The notes beneath the pieces are model-generated. The model was not told the origin of the DNA, searched no databases, and saw nothing but the letters and a program-made list of their open reading frames with translations. From assembly GCF_048593235.1 (NCBI RefSeq), contig NC_133622.1, positions 238,545,198 through 238,609,197 on the forward strand: DNA of 64,000 nucleotides, in the 5' to 3' direction. This document shows positions 48,870-61,350 of the stretch, in pieces (positions within the stretch are counted from its first letter, which is position 1; the number at the start of each line of letters is the position of its first letter). The position numbers and the translations under genes are program-made. The stretch comes from Sminthopsis crassicaudata (taxonomy: Eukaryota).

Positions 48870-51580
48870 TTAAAAACTGCAGTTAATATAAAATACTTGG
48901 AAATCTGCATACCCAGAAAAACCCAAGTACTATATAAATATAATTATAAAACACTTTCCACACAAATAGAATTAAATATAACCATTTGGAATTATATCAA
49001 GTGCTCATATGTGGACTGAGTTAATATAATAAAATTGACAATCCTATGTAAATTAATTTATTTATTCTGTGCCATACCAATCAAACTGCCAAGAAATTAC
49101 AAGAGTTAGAAAATATAACAACAAAATTCATCTGCAAGAATAAAAGTTTAATAATTTCAAGGAAATTATTAAAAAGTCCAAATGAAGGTGGCCTAGTTGT
49201 AATCAGTAGCATATATCAAGATCATTTGGTATTGGCTAAGAAATAGAGTTATTGGTCAGTGATATAAGTTAGGCCCACAAGACACAATAATCAATGACTA
49301 TAACAATTGTTTAGGATAAACCCAAATACTCCAGCTGCTTGGACAAGAACTCACTATTTGATAAAAATTTGCTAGGAAAACTGAAAAATATTATGGCAGA
49401 AAGTAGGCATTAATCAACACTTAACATGCCATACTAAGATAAGGTAAAAATGGGTTTATGAATTAGATATAAAGGGTGACAGTATAAGAAAGTTAGGACA
49501 GCAAGAGCTTGTTTACCTCTCATATTTGTGGAGAAGGAAGGAATTTGTGGCCAAAGAAGAATTAGAAAACGGTATGAAATGGAAAATGCATAATTTTGAT
49601 TATGTTAAATTAAAAAGATTTTGTACAAGCAAAACTAGTGCAGACAAGATTATAAGGGAAGTGAAAACTGGAAAAAAAATTATATCCAAGGGTTCTGATA
49701 AAGGCCTCATTTGTAAAACATATAGCGAATTAACTCAAATTTATAAGAATAAAAACTATTCTACAATTGATAAATGGTCAAAGGTTATGTGTATACAATT
49801 TTAGGATAAATACATTAAAACATTTCTAGTCATATTAAAAATGCTCTAAATCACTATTGATTAGAGAAATACAAATAAGACAATTTTGAGATATCACTAC
49901 AGATCTTTCAGATTAGATAAGAAGACAGGAAAAATAATGACAAATGTTGGAGGGAATGTGGTAAAACTGGGATAATAATCCATTATTGATGGTGTTGTTA
50001 ACAGATCCAATCATTCTAAAGAGCAATTTGTAATTATGCCCAAAGGAGTATTAAACTCTGCTTATTCTTTTTATCTAGCAGTGTCTCGACTGGGTCTGTA
50101 TCCCAAAGAGATCTTAAAAAAGGGAAAAGCAATTACGTGTGCAAAAATGTTTGTGGTTGTCCTTTTTGTAATGGCAAAAATCTGGAAATTCATTGGAGGC
50201 CCAGCAGTTTGAGAATGATTGAACAAGTTAAAATATATGAATATTATTATTCTATAATAAATGATCAGCAGAATGATTTCAGAGCAGCCTGGAGAGACTT
50301 ACATGAATTGATGCTAAGTGAGTAGAAGTAAGAGAACATTGTACAAAATACAAACAATTCTAAAGATAATCAATTCTGATGTACAGGGTTCTTTTCAGCT
50401 CTGAGGTGATTCAGCCTAGTTCTAATCTACAGTGATGGAAAAAACCATATGCTCCTAGAGAGAGGACTGTGGAGACTAAGTATAGTTCACAATATATTAT
50501 TTTCACTTTTTTGTTGTTATTTGCTTGTTTTTATTTTATATCTCATTATTTTCTTTTTTATTTGATATTTCTTGGGCAGCAAGATAATTGTGGAAATATG
50601 TATAGAAAAGTTGCATATGTTTAATATGTATTGGATTGCTTACTGCTTGAGGCACTGCATGGTGGAAAGGGAAGGAGAAAAAAATATGAAATGCAAGGTT
50701 TTGTATTTGTGATGAATGATAAGGATGAATGATAAAAATATGTATGCATACATTGTGAAGATAAAAAGTCTAAAAATAAATAAATCTCCAGTCTAAAATA
50801 TGGCACTTGTTTAACATATATTGGATTACTTATTATCTGGGTGAGGATGTGTTAGAAAGAGAGAGAGAAAATATTTGGAACATAAGGTTTTGCAAGAGTG
50901 AATGTTAAGAAATATCTACACTTATATCTTGAAAATTAAAAGCTTTAAAATGTAATAAATTTCCAGTTTAAAAAGAATTGCACATGTTTAAATTGGATTG
51001 GTTGCTGTCTAGAGAAGTAAGAAAGAAAAGGAGGGAGAAAAAACTTGGAACACAGAGTTTTGCAAGGGTGATTTTTGAAAACAATCTTTGCATTTATTTT
51101 TTTTTCTGAAGGAATTTTTTTTATTTAATAGTTTTTATTTACCAGATATATGCATGGGCAACTAACTCCACAACATTGACAATTGCCAAACCCCTTGCTC
51201 CAATTTTTCCCCTCCTTCTCCACCCCCCCCCAGATGGCAGGTTGACCAATATATGTTAAACATGCTAAAGTATAAATTAAATTAAATATAATATATGCAT
51301 ACATGTCCAGATAGTTGTTTTGCTGTACAAAAAGAATCAGACTTTGAAATAGAGTGCAATTAGCCTGTGAAGGAAATCCAAAAGGCAGGTGGACAAAAAT
51401 AGAGGGATTGGGAATTCTATGTAGTGATTCATAGTCATCTCCCAGAATTCTTTTGCTATGTGTAGTTGGTTCAGTTAATTACTGCTCTCTTGGAACTGAT
51501 TTGGTTCTTCTCATTGTTGAAGCATGTATTTTGAAAATTAAAAACTGTTATTAAAATAAATAAAATAAAAAGATATTCTT
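48870..51580 (+). mobile_element. Duplicated copy of the L1 ORF2 3' half, stacked 3' ends and nested antisense L1 (51101-51521)
   Basis: Colinear with 37770-40460. TSD of the nested element is gcatttatttt / gcatgtatttt. Confidence 0.85.
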
Positions 51581-52562
51581 TAAAAAGATTAATTGAAAAC
51601 ATTACAATTTTCTCCAAGATTGGCATCAATACAAATCAGAGCTATTTATCCATGTTAATTGGCTTTAATAATAATTAAAGCCAAATAAATTAAACTGTGT
51701 TAACATGTAGAATGATCCTCAGTCCTTCAGGGACTTAGGCAGCTCTGGAACTTTGAAATGTCATACATAAATACTTCTTAGAGGAAAAGATATCCATTTG
51801 GCTCTACATGTTCTATGTAGAAGAGGTTTTGAGAAAAAAAGGAAATGAAACCACAAAGATGTTACATCCAAACTATAGGATAATTTTTTTTTTGCTTATT
51901 GATATAAATTTAAAAATTTTTAAAAATTGAAATAAAAAAATATCTGTGATACTTTTCCTGACATGAGAGTAATAATCATATGGAAAAATTTCTGGAAGTT
52001 TCTCAAAATAAGTCTCTATTTATTATTTAGCTCAATCCTACCTTTATTGAGTGCAGTTCCTGATATCAGAGCAAGATAACATAGCTGTCTTAACATCTGA
52101 AATGTCAAGAACTTTACATCAAAGAACTTCAGAGATACAAAGATGGCACCTCTATATTGGCTGTAATTCTTCAATACTAACTTGCTCACTGTAAGTTTTA
52201 TAGCATGTTTGAAATAGTTTTTTTCCACACAGATTCCCCCAAATGTAGAATTTGTCCCCAATCTCAATGTGTATACAGTGCTTCATTCTTTTTAGCTAGA
52301 TCAGTATTTGAAAATTCTTCCGTGAACCTTATATTGCATATATAGGGGAAGGATGAAAGTAAGCACTTGACAGAAATTTCTTAAAGTCACCTCTGACTCA
52401 GGAATGGATATAGCTTTTTAGGGACTCATTAAGGGAACATGTACTGAAAGTTTTATTTCATATGTATATATGCAGATTTCATATTACTTTTACCTCAAAA
52501 GGAAGCTTTTTTTTGTTCTTTTCTTTTTTCTTTATTCCCTTCTGTTCTTATCTTTTTCTTCC

Positions 52563-52755
52563 NNNNNNNNNNNNNNNNNNNNNNNNNNNNNNNNNNNNNN
52601 NNNNNNNNNNNNNNNNNNNNNNNNNNNNNNNNNNNNNNNNNNNNNNNNNNNNNNNNNNNNNNNNNNNNNNNNNNNNNNNNNNNNNNNNNNNNNNNNNNNN
52701 NNNNNNNNNNNNNNNNNNNNNNNNNNNNNNNNNNNNNNNNNNNNNNNNNNNNNNN
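52563..52755. other. Assembly gap in a polypyrimidine tract
   Basis: Run of N. Confidence 1.
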
Positions 52756-52810
52756 GGAAAAGAAATATTAGCATTTACACTTTTTCTTTTTTTGTTTTTG
52801 TTTTGTTTTG

Positions 52811-52842
<32 letters not shown>

Positions 52843-54109
52843 TCCCTGAGCGGGGGGGTGGCCATGACTCAAGATAACCTTTGCTTAAGTCTATTTCCAT
52901 GTACACAACCCATTATGGCTGAAGTTAAAGGAGAACTGTTTAATAAAACAAATAAATTTAATTCTCATCATTATTTGTTATAATTTACCCTTTATCATTT
53001 ACCATTTTCAAAACTATGTTGTAATTTAGTTTCTTTACTTTGATTTCCAATCACAGCACTCATGGATCATAAAACTCTATCCTCTTATTGATTCAAATGA
53101 TTATTATATGTTACAAATTGTGTCAAGCATAAGAAATTGTAGAGATAAAGAGAGCAAGGCAATGCTAGTTTTTAAGGTAATTTAGACTTTTTCAAAGACG
53201 AAATGCCATGAATGTTTTTTGTTCAGAGTGTTATGACAGATATAGTCATTTAGGCAGCTTTATCAAGACACTTGGGCAAATTATTTTCCTTAGTCACTTG
53301 ATTCAATTCAACTTGACTCTTTTTTTCTGAGTAACTGCCTTTGCTTCTCAGTCTGTATATCTATTTTTTTTTCTATATTAGGTGCCCTTTTCTTTCTTAG
53401 ATATATTTTATGTACCATCCTTACCACAAAGTGAAATTTTCTATGTCTAATGAATAGTTTATCACTTGGTTTTTAATATAGCAGGTTACATATACATTAT
53501 TATATGAAAATTTTCCCTGCACATCTAATGAAAATGGACAAAAAAGTACTCTCATTTCTGCTGGTGTGTCAATACTGCTAATCACAATTACCTAGAATTT
53601 AGCTTTATTTTAACCAGTATTTCTTAATGCATGCATTGCCATCCTAGCTCCTTGGGGAAATGTTAGATTTTCTATACCTGAAGTCAAAATGTGGGTAATT
53701 AGATTAAATGCATACTGCAATGAAATTTTCTCAAGTATTGATTGGGCTATATGGCTGCTTAGTCAATCAGTCAGTTAGCACACATATATTAAACGGTTAT
53801 TATGCAGCAACAGATCAAAAATCACTGGGATTCTAAAGAAAGGAAAGGTCACTGAATCACAATGTAACCAGTCAATCAGTCAAGATGTAATTATTGAGTA
53901 CCCACTCTAAGCCAGAAATTGTTTGATCTGTTGGAGAATTTTTTTAAAATAATAATTCTTATTTCAAGGAATTGACATGGGAGCAATAATGTTTGAAGAG
54001 TTATGTATCAACTATATCATGGCTAAAGAGTTAAGCAAATAAGGCCTGGACAAATAATTCTTCATGTTATCTCTGGTCTTAGTCATTAAAACCCAATATT
54101 TAGAAGGCA

Positions 54110-54440
54110 GTGAGGAAAGAAAGGAGAAAGAGAGACAAGAAAATGAAAGAGAGGGAGAAAGAGAGACACACACACAAAAAGAGAAACAGAGACACACACA
54201 CAAAAAAAGAAAAACAGAGACACACACAAAAAAAAGAGAAACAGAGACAGAGAGAACCAGAGGCAGAGACAGAAAAGAGAGAGAGAAAAGAGGAGAGGAG
54301 AGAAGAGGAAAGGACAGGGAGGGTGGGAGGGAGGGAGACAGACAGAGACAGAAGAGATACAGGAAGAGAGGGAGAGAGGGATGAGAGAGGCATACAGAGA
54401 GGGAGGGTGAAGGAAAGGGAGAGGAAGAAGAAGACAGAGG
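54110..54440. repeat. GA/GACA-rich low-complexity tract
   Basis: Purine-rich compound repeat, positionally homologous to the GA-rich region at ~30090-30310. Confidence 0.9.
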
Positions 54441-54459
54441 GACAGTTCTACAAAAGATG

Positions 54460-54930
54460 ATATTTGAGCTGTCTTGAAGATAGAGGTAAAATATTAGACT
54501 GAGGTAAAGGGACAGAGTTCTCCATGTATGTGGTACAGCAAATGCAGAAGTATAAATTACTGGAGTAGAACTTTATTCCAAAAACACTAAGAATTCTAAT
54601 GAAGCCTGATTGTAGAATGTACAAATGGGAGAAAACTGAATGAAGACCGGAGAGTAGAAGAGTCAGGTTGGGAAGAAATGTAAATATCAAAATCAATAAT
54701 TTGGTATTAAATTCTGAAAGTAATAGCAAACCACTGGATGTTTTTCAGAAGAGAGTTAATAGGTAGGCCTATGCTCTTGGAAAATCACATTTATAGATGT
54801 CAGATTGTCAATAAATGTGCATAAAGTACCTACTATATTCCAGGTATTCTTCTAAGAATTGAAGATGCAAAGAAAGACAAAATGTAATCCCTAGTTTCAA
54901 GGAGTTCACAATCTAATGGGAAGACAATAT
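54460..54930 (-). mobile_element. L2 LINE remnants
   Basis: Typical antisense L2 3' sequence (tcaataaatg...tcaaggagttcacaatctaatggg) and upstream body fragments. Confidence 0.6.
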
Positions 54931-55039
54931 AAAAGAAACATTGCATAATCAACTTATATCCAAAATAAATTAGAAGTATTCAACAAGGGCAAGGCATGAA
55001 ATTTAGATGGGATGCAAGGTGGGTTCCTTTGGAATTTGT

Positions 55040-55440
55040 GATTTTTGTTGCCCAGTTATTTCAGTCCTTTCTGATTCTTTGTGACTCCAATTTGGGATTT
55101 TTTTTTGACAAAAATATTGGAGAACATTGTCATTTTCTTCTCTAGCTCTTTTTTTATTTCCTGAGGCATTTGGGGTTAAGTGACTTTCCCAGGGTCACAC
55201 AACTAGGAAGTGTTAAGTATCTGAGGCCAGATTTGACCTCAGGTCCTCCTGACTTCAGGAATAATTCTCTATCCACTGTACCAACTAGCTGCCCCTTCCA
55301 GCTCCTTTTAAAGATGAGAAACTGAGGCGAACAGTGTTAAGCAATTTGTCCAGGGTCATATAACTAGGCAGTATCTGAGGTCAGATCTGTATGAGGATGA
55401 TGAGTCTTCCTGACTCCAGTCCCTGTGCTATGTGGCTGTC
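55040..55440 (-). mobile_element. Mar1-type CORE-SINE (RTE-derived tail)
   Basis: Tail resembling cagtcatttcagtc...gtgacccc, and the CORE motif aagatgagaaactgaggc, interrupted by a WSINE1. Confidence 0.75.
55149..55295 (-). mobile_element. WSINE1 nested in the Mar1 SINE
   Basis: Full head (ctagctgcccc) and body, with an imperfect TSD tctagctc / tccagctc. Confidence 0.88.
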
Positions 55441-56165
55441 CAGAATTTTACTTGGGACTTGAAGTAAATCCCAGAAGTCAGGAGATGAAAAATGAGAAGG
55501 GAGATCATAGTAGTCATGAGGAATAGATGTCACTAATTCTCATAGAAAATGAGGATGGATTTCAATGTGGAGAGACCTGAGGCAGGAGAAAAGCTAGAAG
55601 ATTAAGTTGTGTAGGAAAGCAATAAGGAATGTCTGTAGCAAGAGGAGAAAAGTATAACCCCTGACATGTCATTCAGTAACTAACTGAAATTTTGTCATTC
55701 TGTGTTCTCTTCTTTAATACATGTGGTATTGTAGGTAAAAGCAACAAAGTGGAAGAAACCACAGGACTTTAGGTCAAATTCTGCCTCAGTTGCTCACTCT
55801 CAGTGTAACATAAGACAACTCAATCAACCTCACTAATGCTTGGCTTCTTTTTTTACAAAACTAAGGAATTAATTGGGTTGTACTCTGAGTTGTAAATGTA
55901 TTACCTTATGACTTTATAATTTCATAATAACCTCATAATAACCTTGTGAATTAAGTCGGAGATATGTCATTACTTCATTATATGTAAGTGGAAACTGAGG
56001 CAAAGAAAAGTACATGAATTTGCATCAAAAGATTCAAAATTCTCCGGGTACCTTCACTCATTCAGCAGTATTTCCACTAACTCATGTAGTGATACATGAG
56101 TTATCTATGAGAACACAGAAAGACTGAATTAGCCAATGAGTGTCCTTCAAAAGATAATAGTGATA

Positions 56166-56423
56166 GATAACATTTATATAGAACTTACTCTATGCCCGAC
56201 ACTATGATAACAACATTGCAATTTTCTTGTCTCATTTGATCTTCATAACAACTCTGGGGGATAGGTGACATTATTATCCCCATTTTATAGATGATAAAAC
56301 AGGAAGATAGAGGGAAAGTGAATTATGAAAGGTTACACACTTAGCAAAAATCTGAGGCTGAATTTGAATTCAGATCTTTTTATTCCAAACTTGTGCTATC
56401 ACTACTGTCCCATCTAGCCACCC
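56166..56423 (-). mobile_element. Near full-length MIR
   Basis: catttatatag...tcatttgatcttcataacaactctg...ttattatccccattttatagatga...tttgaattcagatct pattern. Confidence 0.8.
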
Positions 56424-57103
56424 AACAAGGTGAATAGCTTTATTTGATAACAAATATAGAGTTAGATATACCTGTTTAGATAAGGGATTGCTGTGTATAT
56501 GACATACACATATGTATGTTTGTATAACATATCTTAGAGAAAAAGGTTGATCTCTTGAACCATTATAGATCTCATTAAAGGGATGCCCTACTGTTCTGGG
56601 GATTATTGAAAGTGTCATGAAGCACCAACTTCTAGTAGTTAGCTATCCTTAAAGAGCTCTATCTCTCCATGGTAGACATTCTATTGACAATAACAAATAT
56701 TAAGGCTAATGTTACAAATTCATAAATTCCAGAGTTATATTTGAAGATGTATTGATCAAGCAGCCTGTATATTATCAATATTTTAATATTTAATTTTGTT
56801 TCATCAGGCCGATCGTATTTTTTTGGCGCATAAAATCAGGCAATGATTTTATTTTTCCTATTTTTAGTTAGTTGACAATAATTTTTTGGAATTTATATAA
56901 GAAATAAATACCCTTTATCCTTGCCACATGTGTATATGTATGTGCATGTATTATATTTAACACTTTAACCCCTATCCTCACTGTGATAGGTTTAATCATT
57001 CCCACCAATGAGCACTCCATGGATATGTTGTCTTCCCAAATGGGGGCATATTATGTAACATGAATATTTTATTAACCAAGGACAAATAATTCATATTAAA
57101 GAA

Positions 57104-57127
57104 ATTTCTTCCTTATTACCTTTGCAG
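57104..57127 (+). promoter_or_regulatory. Probable 3' splice acceptor upstream of the OR4C15-like gene
   Basis: tttcttccttattacctttgcAG|G is a strong acceptor consensus, 43 nt before the ATG at 57171. Confidence 0.65.
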
Positions 57128-57170
57128 GTGCCCTGTGATCACCAAATTATTGGTCCATAAGGCTGAAATC

Positions 57171-58103
57171 ATGGAAAATCAAAGTTTTGTTACTGAGTTT
57201 ATTCTATTGGGACTCTCACAGACCCCAGATGTAGAGAAAATCGTGGTTTTTGTCTTTTTACTTTTATATCTTGTAACTCTTCTGGGAAACTTAGTTATTA
57301 TTTTAACAATCGCCAATACTCCTTCTCTCCTAGGTTCCCCTATGTACTTCTTCCTTTGTTTTTTGTCTTTCTTTGATGCATGCATCTCTTCTGTTGTTAT
57401 CCCCAAGGTAATAGCAGGCTCCATCTATGTGAAGAACACAATTTCCTTTGAAGGTTGTATGATCCAGCTCTTTGCAGTACATTTTTTTGGTGGTTCTGAG
57501 ATGCTAGTTCTCACATTCATGGCCTTTGACCGATATATTGCTATTTGCAAGCCATTGCATTATGTAACTATTATGAACAGGAAGCTATGTATCCTACTGG
57601 TTAGTGTGGCCTGGGGAGGAGGCTTCTTACATTCCTTGATCCAAGTGCTTTTCATGGTCCAGTTGCCTTTCTGTGGACCCAATGTGATTGACCACTTTAT
57701 TTGTGACTTGTATCCTTTATTGAAATTAGCATGCATTGACACCCATAAACTTGGTCTCATGGTAATTACAAACAGTGGACTCATCTGCTCAATTAGTTTT
57801 GTTCTCTTGCTTATGTCTTATGGAGTCATCCTAAACTCGTTGAGAAAGTATAATGCTGAGTCTAGGCACAAAGCCCTTTCCACCTGTGGTTCGCACATCA
57901 CAGTTGTTATATTGTTTTTTGTTCCATGCATATTTGAGTATGCACGTCCTCCAACTACTTTCTCCTTTGATAAAACAGTGGAAATTTTTTACACTATTCT
58001 AATTCCTATGTTAAATCCTTTTATCTACACATTTAGAAACACAGAGGTCAAAAGTGCCATGAGGAAGTTGTGGACCAGACCAACTCTTTCTGTTGTAAAA
58101 TAA
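57171..58103 (+). CDS. OR4C15-like: Olfactory receptor OR4C15-like, intact, 310 aa from the first ATG (MENQSFVTEF...)
   Basis: OR motifs PMYFFL, MAFDRYIAICKPLHY, KALSTCGSH and PMLNPFIYTFRN, with an NQS sequon. The N-terminus resembles human OR4C15 (MQNQSFVTEF, recalled). The ORF-track start at 57135 is GTG; the first ATG is at 57171. Confidence 0.9.
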   Translation: MENQSFVTEFILLGLSQTPDVEKIVVFVFLLLYLVTLLGNLVIILTIANTPSLLGSPMYFFLCFLSFFDACISSVVIPKVIAGSIYVKNTISFEGCMIQLFAVHFFGGSEMLVLTFMAFDRYIAICKPLHYVTIMNRKLCILLVSVAWGGGFLHSLIQVLFMVQLPFCGPNVIDHFICDLYPLLKLACIDTHKLGLMVITNSGLICSISFVLLLMSYGVILNSLRKYNAESRHKALSTCGSHITVVILFFVPCIFEYARPPTTFSFDKTVEIFYTILIPMLNPFIYTFRNTEVKSAMRKLWTRPTLSVVK

Positions 58104-58829
58104 ATAATCCAAAGAAAATTTCTTATTTAATATATGTGTAAAATGATGAACGTTGATTGACCTTTATTTATTAACATGAAAAAATGTGATATATAAAACA
58201 TATTAGACTAAAAGCAGGCCAGGGGCATAAGACCAGTGTTTTGATGGGATTTGAAACAATGTAAACATATCTCTTTAAATAAGTCATTTCTGTTGTGGAG
58301 AATGTATGATTTCAGTTTTCACAAATTTACTCAAGGAGAACTGAATAGTGAAAATGTATGTAACAGATATCAACTGGATGTCATGTTAGACAGTGAGAAC
58401 CATAATGATTCCCTTTCTTCAAGAATCAGAAAACACATGTTTATATAAGTATATGACAAATATATGTGGATTCAAATTAATTAAAAATAGGTCGAGGACG
58501 AAGCAGATGGCAGGATCAATAAATACTTAATGTGACTCTCGACAGATGCTTTGTCAGCAAATATGAGGTGGACCAGAAAATTAAAATTATTGCTTCATGA
58601 AGTATATATTCTTTACAAAGGAAAAGATTAAGGCAATGCAGTGTCATTATTCAATAAATAGGAAATAATCAGTGAGCCTGATTGTATAGAACACAGAGTG
58701 TGTGAAGAGGAGTAATATAGGGAAAAGAAAGAACTGATCATAAAAGGCCACTACCTAAAACAAATTAAAAAATAAAACAAAATAAACAATTTTTTTAAAG
58801 GTGAAGTCTTTTCCCACTACATCTGGGGA

Positions 58830-59420
58830 AGTTTACTTGATCAAATAGCATATAGTGAATAAATTAAGAGAAAATATAAACAACTTTAATTAAATAAAGT
58901 TTGTGAACTTTAGAACAAACAAATCAATGAAGTTAATATTAACAAGAAAACATTTAGCAGGGAACATATATTTGCAGCAAATTTATCTTCCACAGGTCTG
59001 ATATCCAAGATTATTAGAGAATATCATTTGTATATCAAAAAGATTGATTCCCTANNNNNNNNNNNNNNNNNNNNNNNNNNNNNNNNNNNNNNNNNNNNNN
59101 NNNNNNNNNNNNNNNNNNNNNNNNNNNNNNNNNNNNNNNNNNNNNNNNNNNNNNNNNNNNNNNNNNNNNNNNNNNNNNNNNNNNNNNNNNNNNNNNNNNN
59201 NNNNNNNNNNNNNNNNNNNNNNNNCAAAAGAATAAATGCAAACTGCTCAAGGTCATATGTTAAAAACACGTTTCAATGAACAATAAGAGAAATGTATATT
59301 AAAATATCACCAAAGTTTTTTCTTGCAACAATTCAGTTGTTAAAGATGATGGGTAAATGGACCAACAGTTAATAAGCAATTTTATGCTACATGCTCTTAT
59401 AATTCCTGGGGATTCTTTTA
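58830..59420 (+). mobile_element. Degraded L1 ORF2 C-terminal fragment spanning gap 59055-59224
   Basis: Weak ORF2-like segments (atatttgcagcaaat...ggtctgatatccaag). Boundaries approximate. Confidence 0.45.
59055..59224. other. Assembly gap
   Basis: Run of N. Confidence 1.
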
Positions 59421-60086
59421 AAAATAAAAGACAGAAATCCTAATAATGCAGGAATTAATATTATAACAGAAGAAACTATATACTTTGTTCTTTGTAAGAT
59501 TTTTATGTCCAGATCATCACCCTTTATATCTAAATCCCATAATCATCTTTTAAAGAACTCACAAACAACACATCCATTTTTCCAGCCGAGGTTTTAGGTG
59601 AGGAGAAACCAAGGAAATGGTTTAAATATTTTAAAGGAGGTGTCAGGGAAAATATGGGAATAAATAATGGTTATATCCATCCAAATTATTTTGCTTCTGA
59701 TTGAATGTCTATCATTATAAATGATAGAAGAAAACAGAACACTTAAAACAAACTGGATTTGAATACAGTTTCAGATACTTGTTATCTATATGTCTCTGAG
59801 CAAGTCAATTAACCCATTTTATCTTAATTTCTTCACTTTCAAAGTGAAATAGACTAAATGAAATCTCTTCCAAACAAAAATGTGGCTACAAGGATCTATT
59901 TTTGTGGGAAAATATCATTGTCTTTAAACCATTTTCATTTGTCCTTACTAGAATTTAGTTCATCTAGTCACACTGGGATAACATGCATTCACATTTAGAG
60001 GAAACAAACCAAAAAGCTCACTTTAAGACATTGAGTTGGATATGTAGTTCGCTGAGCTAATATAATAAAAATTGCAATAACTTAAC

Positions 60087-60311
60087 CTATTCTGCTAATC
60101 AACTACTCTATTTCTTCTTTAAAATATTTTTACATCCAGAATAGCTAGATCATCTTCATTTGCATTTTTTCATTAATTCCCTTGAAGTTCTTGAACTTGT
60201 TCTTCCAGATGAATTTTGTCATTATTTTTCTATCTCTGAAAAATAAATTATTTGGAGTTTGGTAAGTATTGCCCTAAGTAGATTAATTTAGGTAGCATTG
60301 TCATTTTATAT
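60087..60311 (-). mobile_element. Inverted L1 ORF2 fragment
   Basis: The reverse complement encodes MTMLPKLIYL...KFIWKNKF-type ORF2 sequence. Confidence 0.7.
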
Positions 60312-61000
60312 GATCTCTTAGGTAAGAGATTATAAAAAAGGGGAAATGACCTATCTGTGCAAAATGTTTGTAGTATCCCTTTTTGTATTGGGAAGAAACT
60401 GGAAACTGAATAAATGTTCATCAGTTGGAGAATGGTTAAATAAGTTATGGTATATGAATGTTTTAGAATATCACTGTTTTGTTTGTTTGTTTGTTTGTTT
60501 TTTTCCTGAGGCTGGGATTAAGTGACTTGCCCAGGGTCACACAGCTAGGAAGTGTTAAGTGTCTGAGACCAGATTTAAACTTGGGTCCTCCTGAATTCAG
60601 GCCTGGTGCTCTATTCACTGCGCCACCTAGCTGCCCCCAAATATCACTGTTTTATAAGAAACAAGCTGCAGGATGTTTTCAGAGAGATCTGGAGAGATTT
60701 ACACAAACTAATGCTAAGTGAAGTGAATATAACCAGGAGAGCATTGCATACAGAAATAGCAAGATGAAACAAGGATCAATTCTGATGTATATGGCTCTTT
60801 TCAAAAGTGTGGTGATTTAGGCCAGTTTCACTTTTCTGCACTCAGAGAGAAGACTGTGGGGAAAATGTATGTATCTTAACATAATAATTTCACAGTTCTC
60901 ATTGTTGTTTGCTTGCATTTTATTTTTGTTCATTTTTCTCTTTTTCATCTGATTTTTCTTGTGTACCATAATAATTGTGAATATATATATGTATATAAAT
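60312..61000 (+). mobile_element. L1 ORF2 end and 3'UTR, followed by (TA)n at ~60984-61043
   Basis: aagagattataaaaaagggg...tgtgcaaaatgtttgtag...gaaactggaaactg, then 3'UTR. Confidence 0.8.
60481..60639 (-). mobile_element. Young WSINE1 with perfect 14-bp TSD and (CAAA)n tail
   Basis: TSD AATATCACTGTTTT at 60467-60480 and 60640-60653. The head retains a CpG (gcgccacctagctgcccc). Confidence 0.93.
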
Positions 61001-61015
61001 ATATACACATATATA

Positions 61016-61059
<44 letters not shown>

Positions 61060-61199
61060 TATATGCCAAAAATGCCAAAAATGCCCCCAAAAACTAGACT
61101 TTTGCAAGAAATGAGTTATGATCAAAAAGCTTATATCAGGAGAAAAAAAATTCTGTTCTTATTATCAAATCATTATTTGAAAACGTTCAAAGTGGAGAG

Positions 61200-61350
61200 C
61201 CAATGTAAAAATTTTCCTTACAGATAAGGAAAAAAGGGCGATAGAGTGTAAGTGACTTGTTCAAGCTAACACAGCCCTCTGTATGTCTGAGATGCTGTTT
61301 GAACTCAAAATCTTCTGATTTCAAGTCCATAGCTCAGCCATTATATCCAA
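61200..61350 (-). mobile_element. MIR/CORE-SINE
   Basis: ttacagataagga...taagtgacttgttcaag...tttgaactc pattern. Confidence 0.7.

Larger units (their letters stand above)
41790..52562 (+). repeat. Younger tandem duplication, copy 2 (contains the OR at 45027); lacks the equivalent of 28910-30940
   Basis: 41815-42075 matches 28690-28909, and 42076-52560 matches 30941-41450. Bounded by assembly gaps on both sides. Confidence 0.85.

Noticed and set aside
57135-57170. 12-aa N-terminal extension of the OR4C15-like ORF
   Set aside because: The codon at 57135 is GTG, just after the splice acceptor at 57127. The first ATG (57171) gives the typical OR N-terminus with its glycosylation sequon.
57179-57784. 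Antisense ORFs overlapping the OR CDS (57179-57424, 57560-57784)
   Set aside because: These are shadow frames of the OR coding sequence with no independent support.
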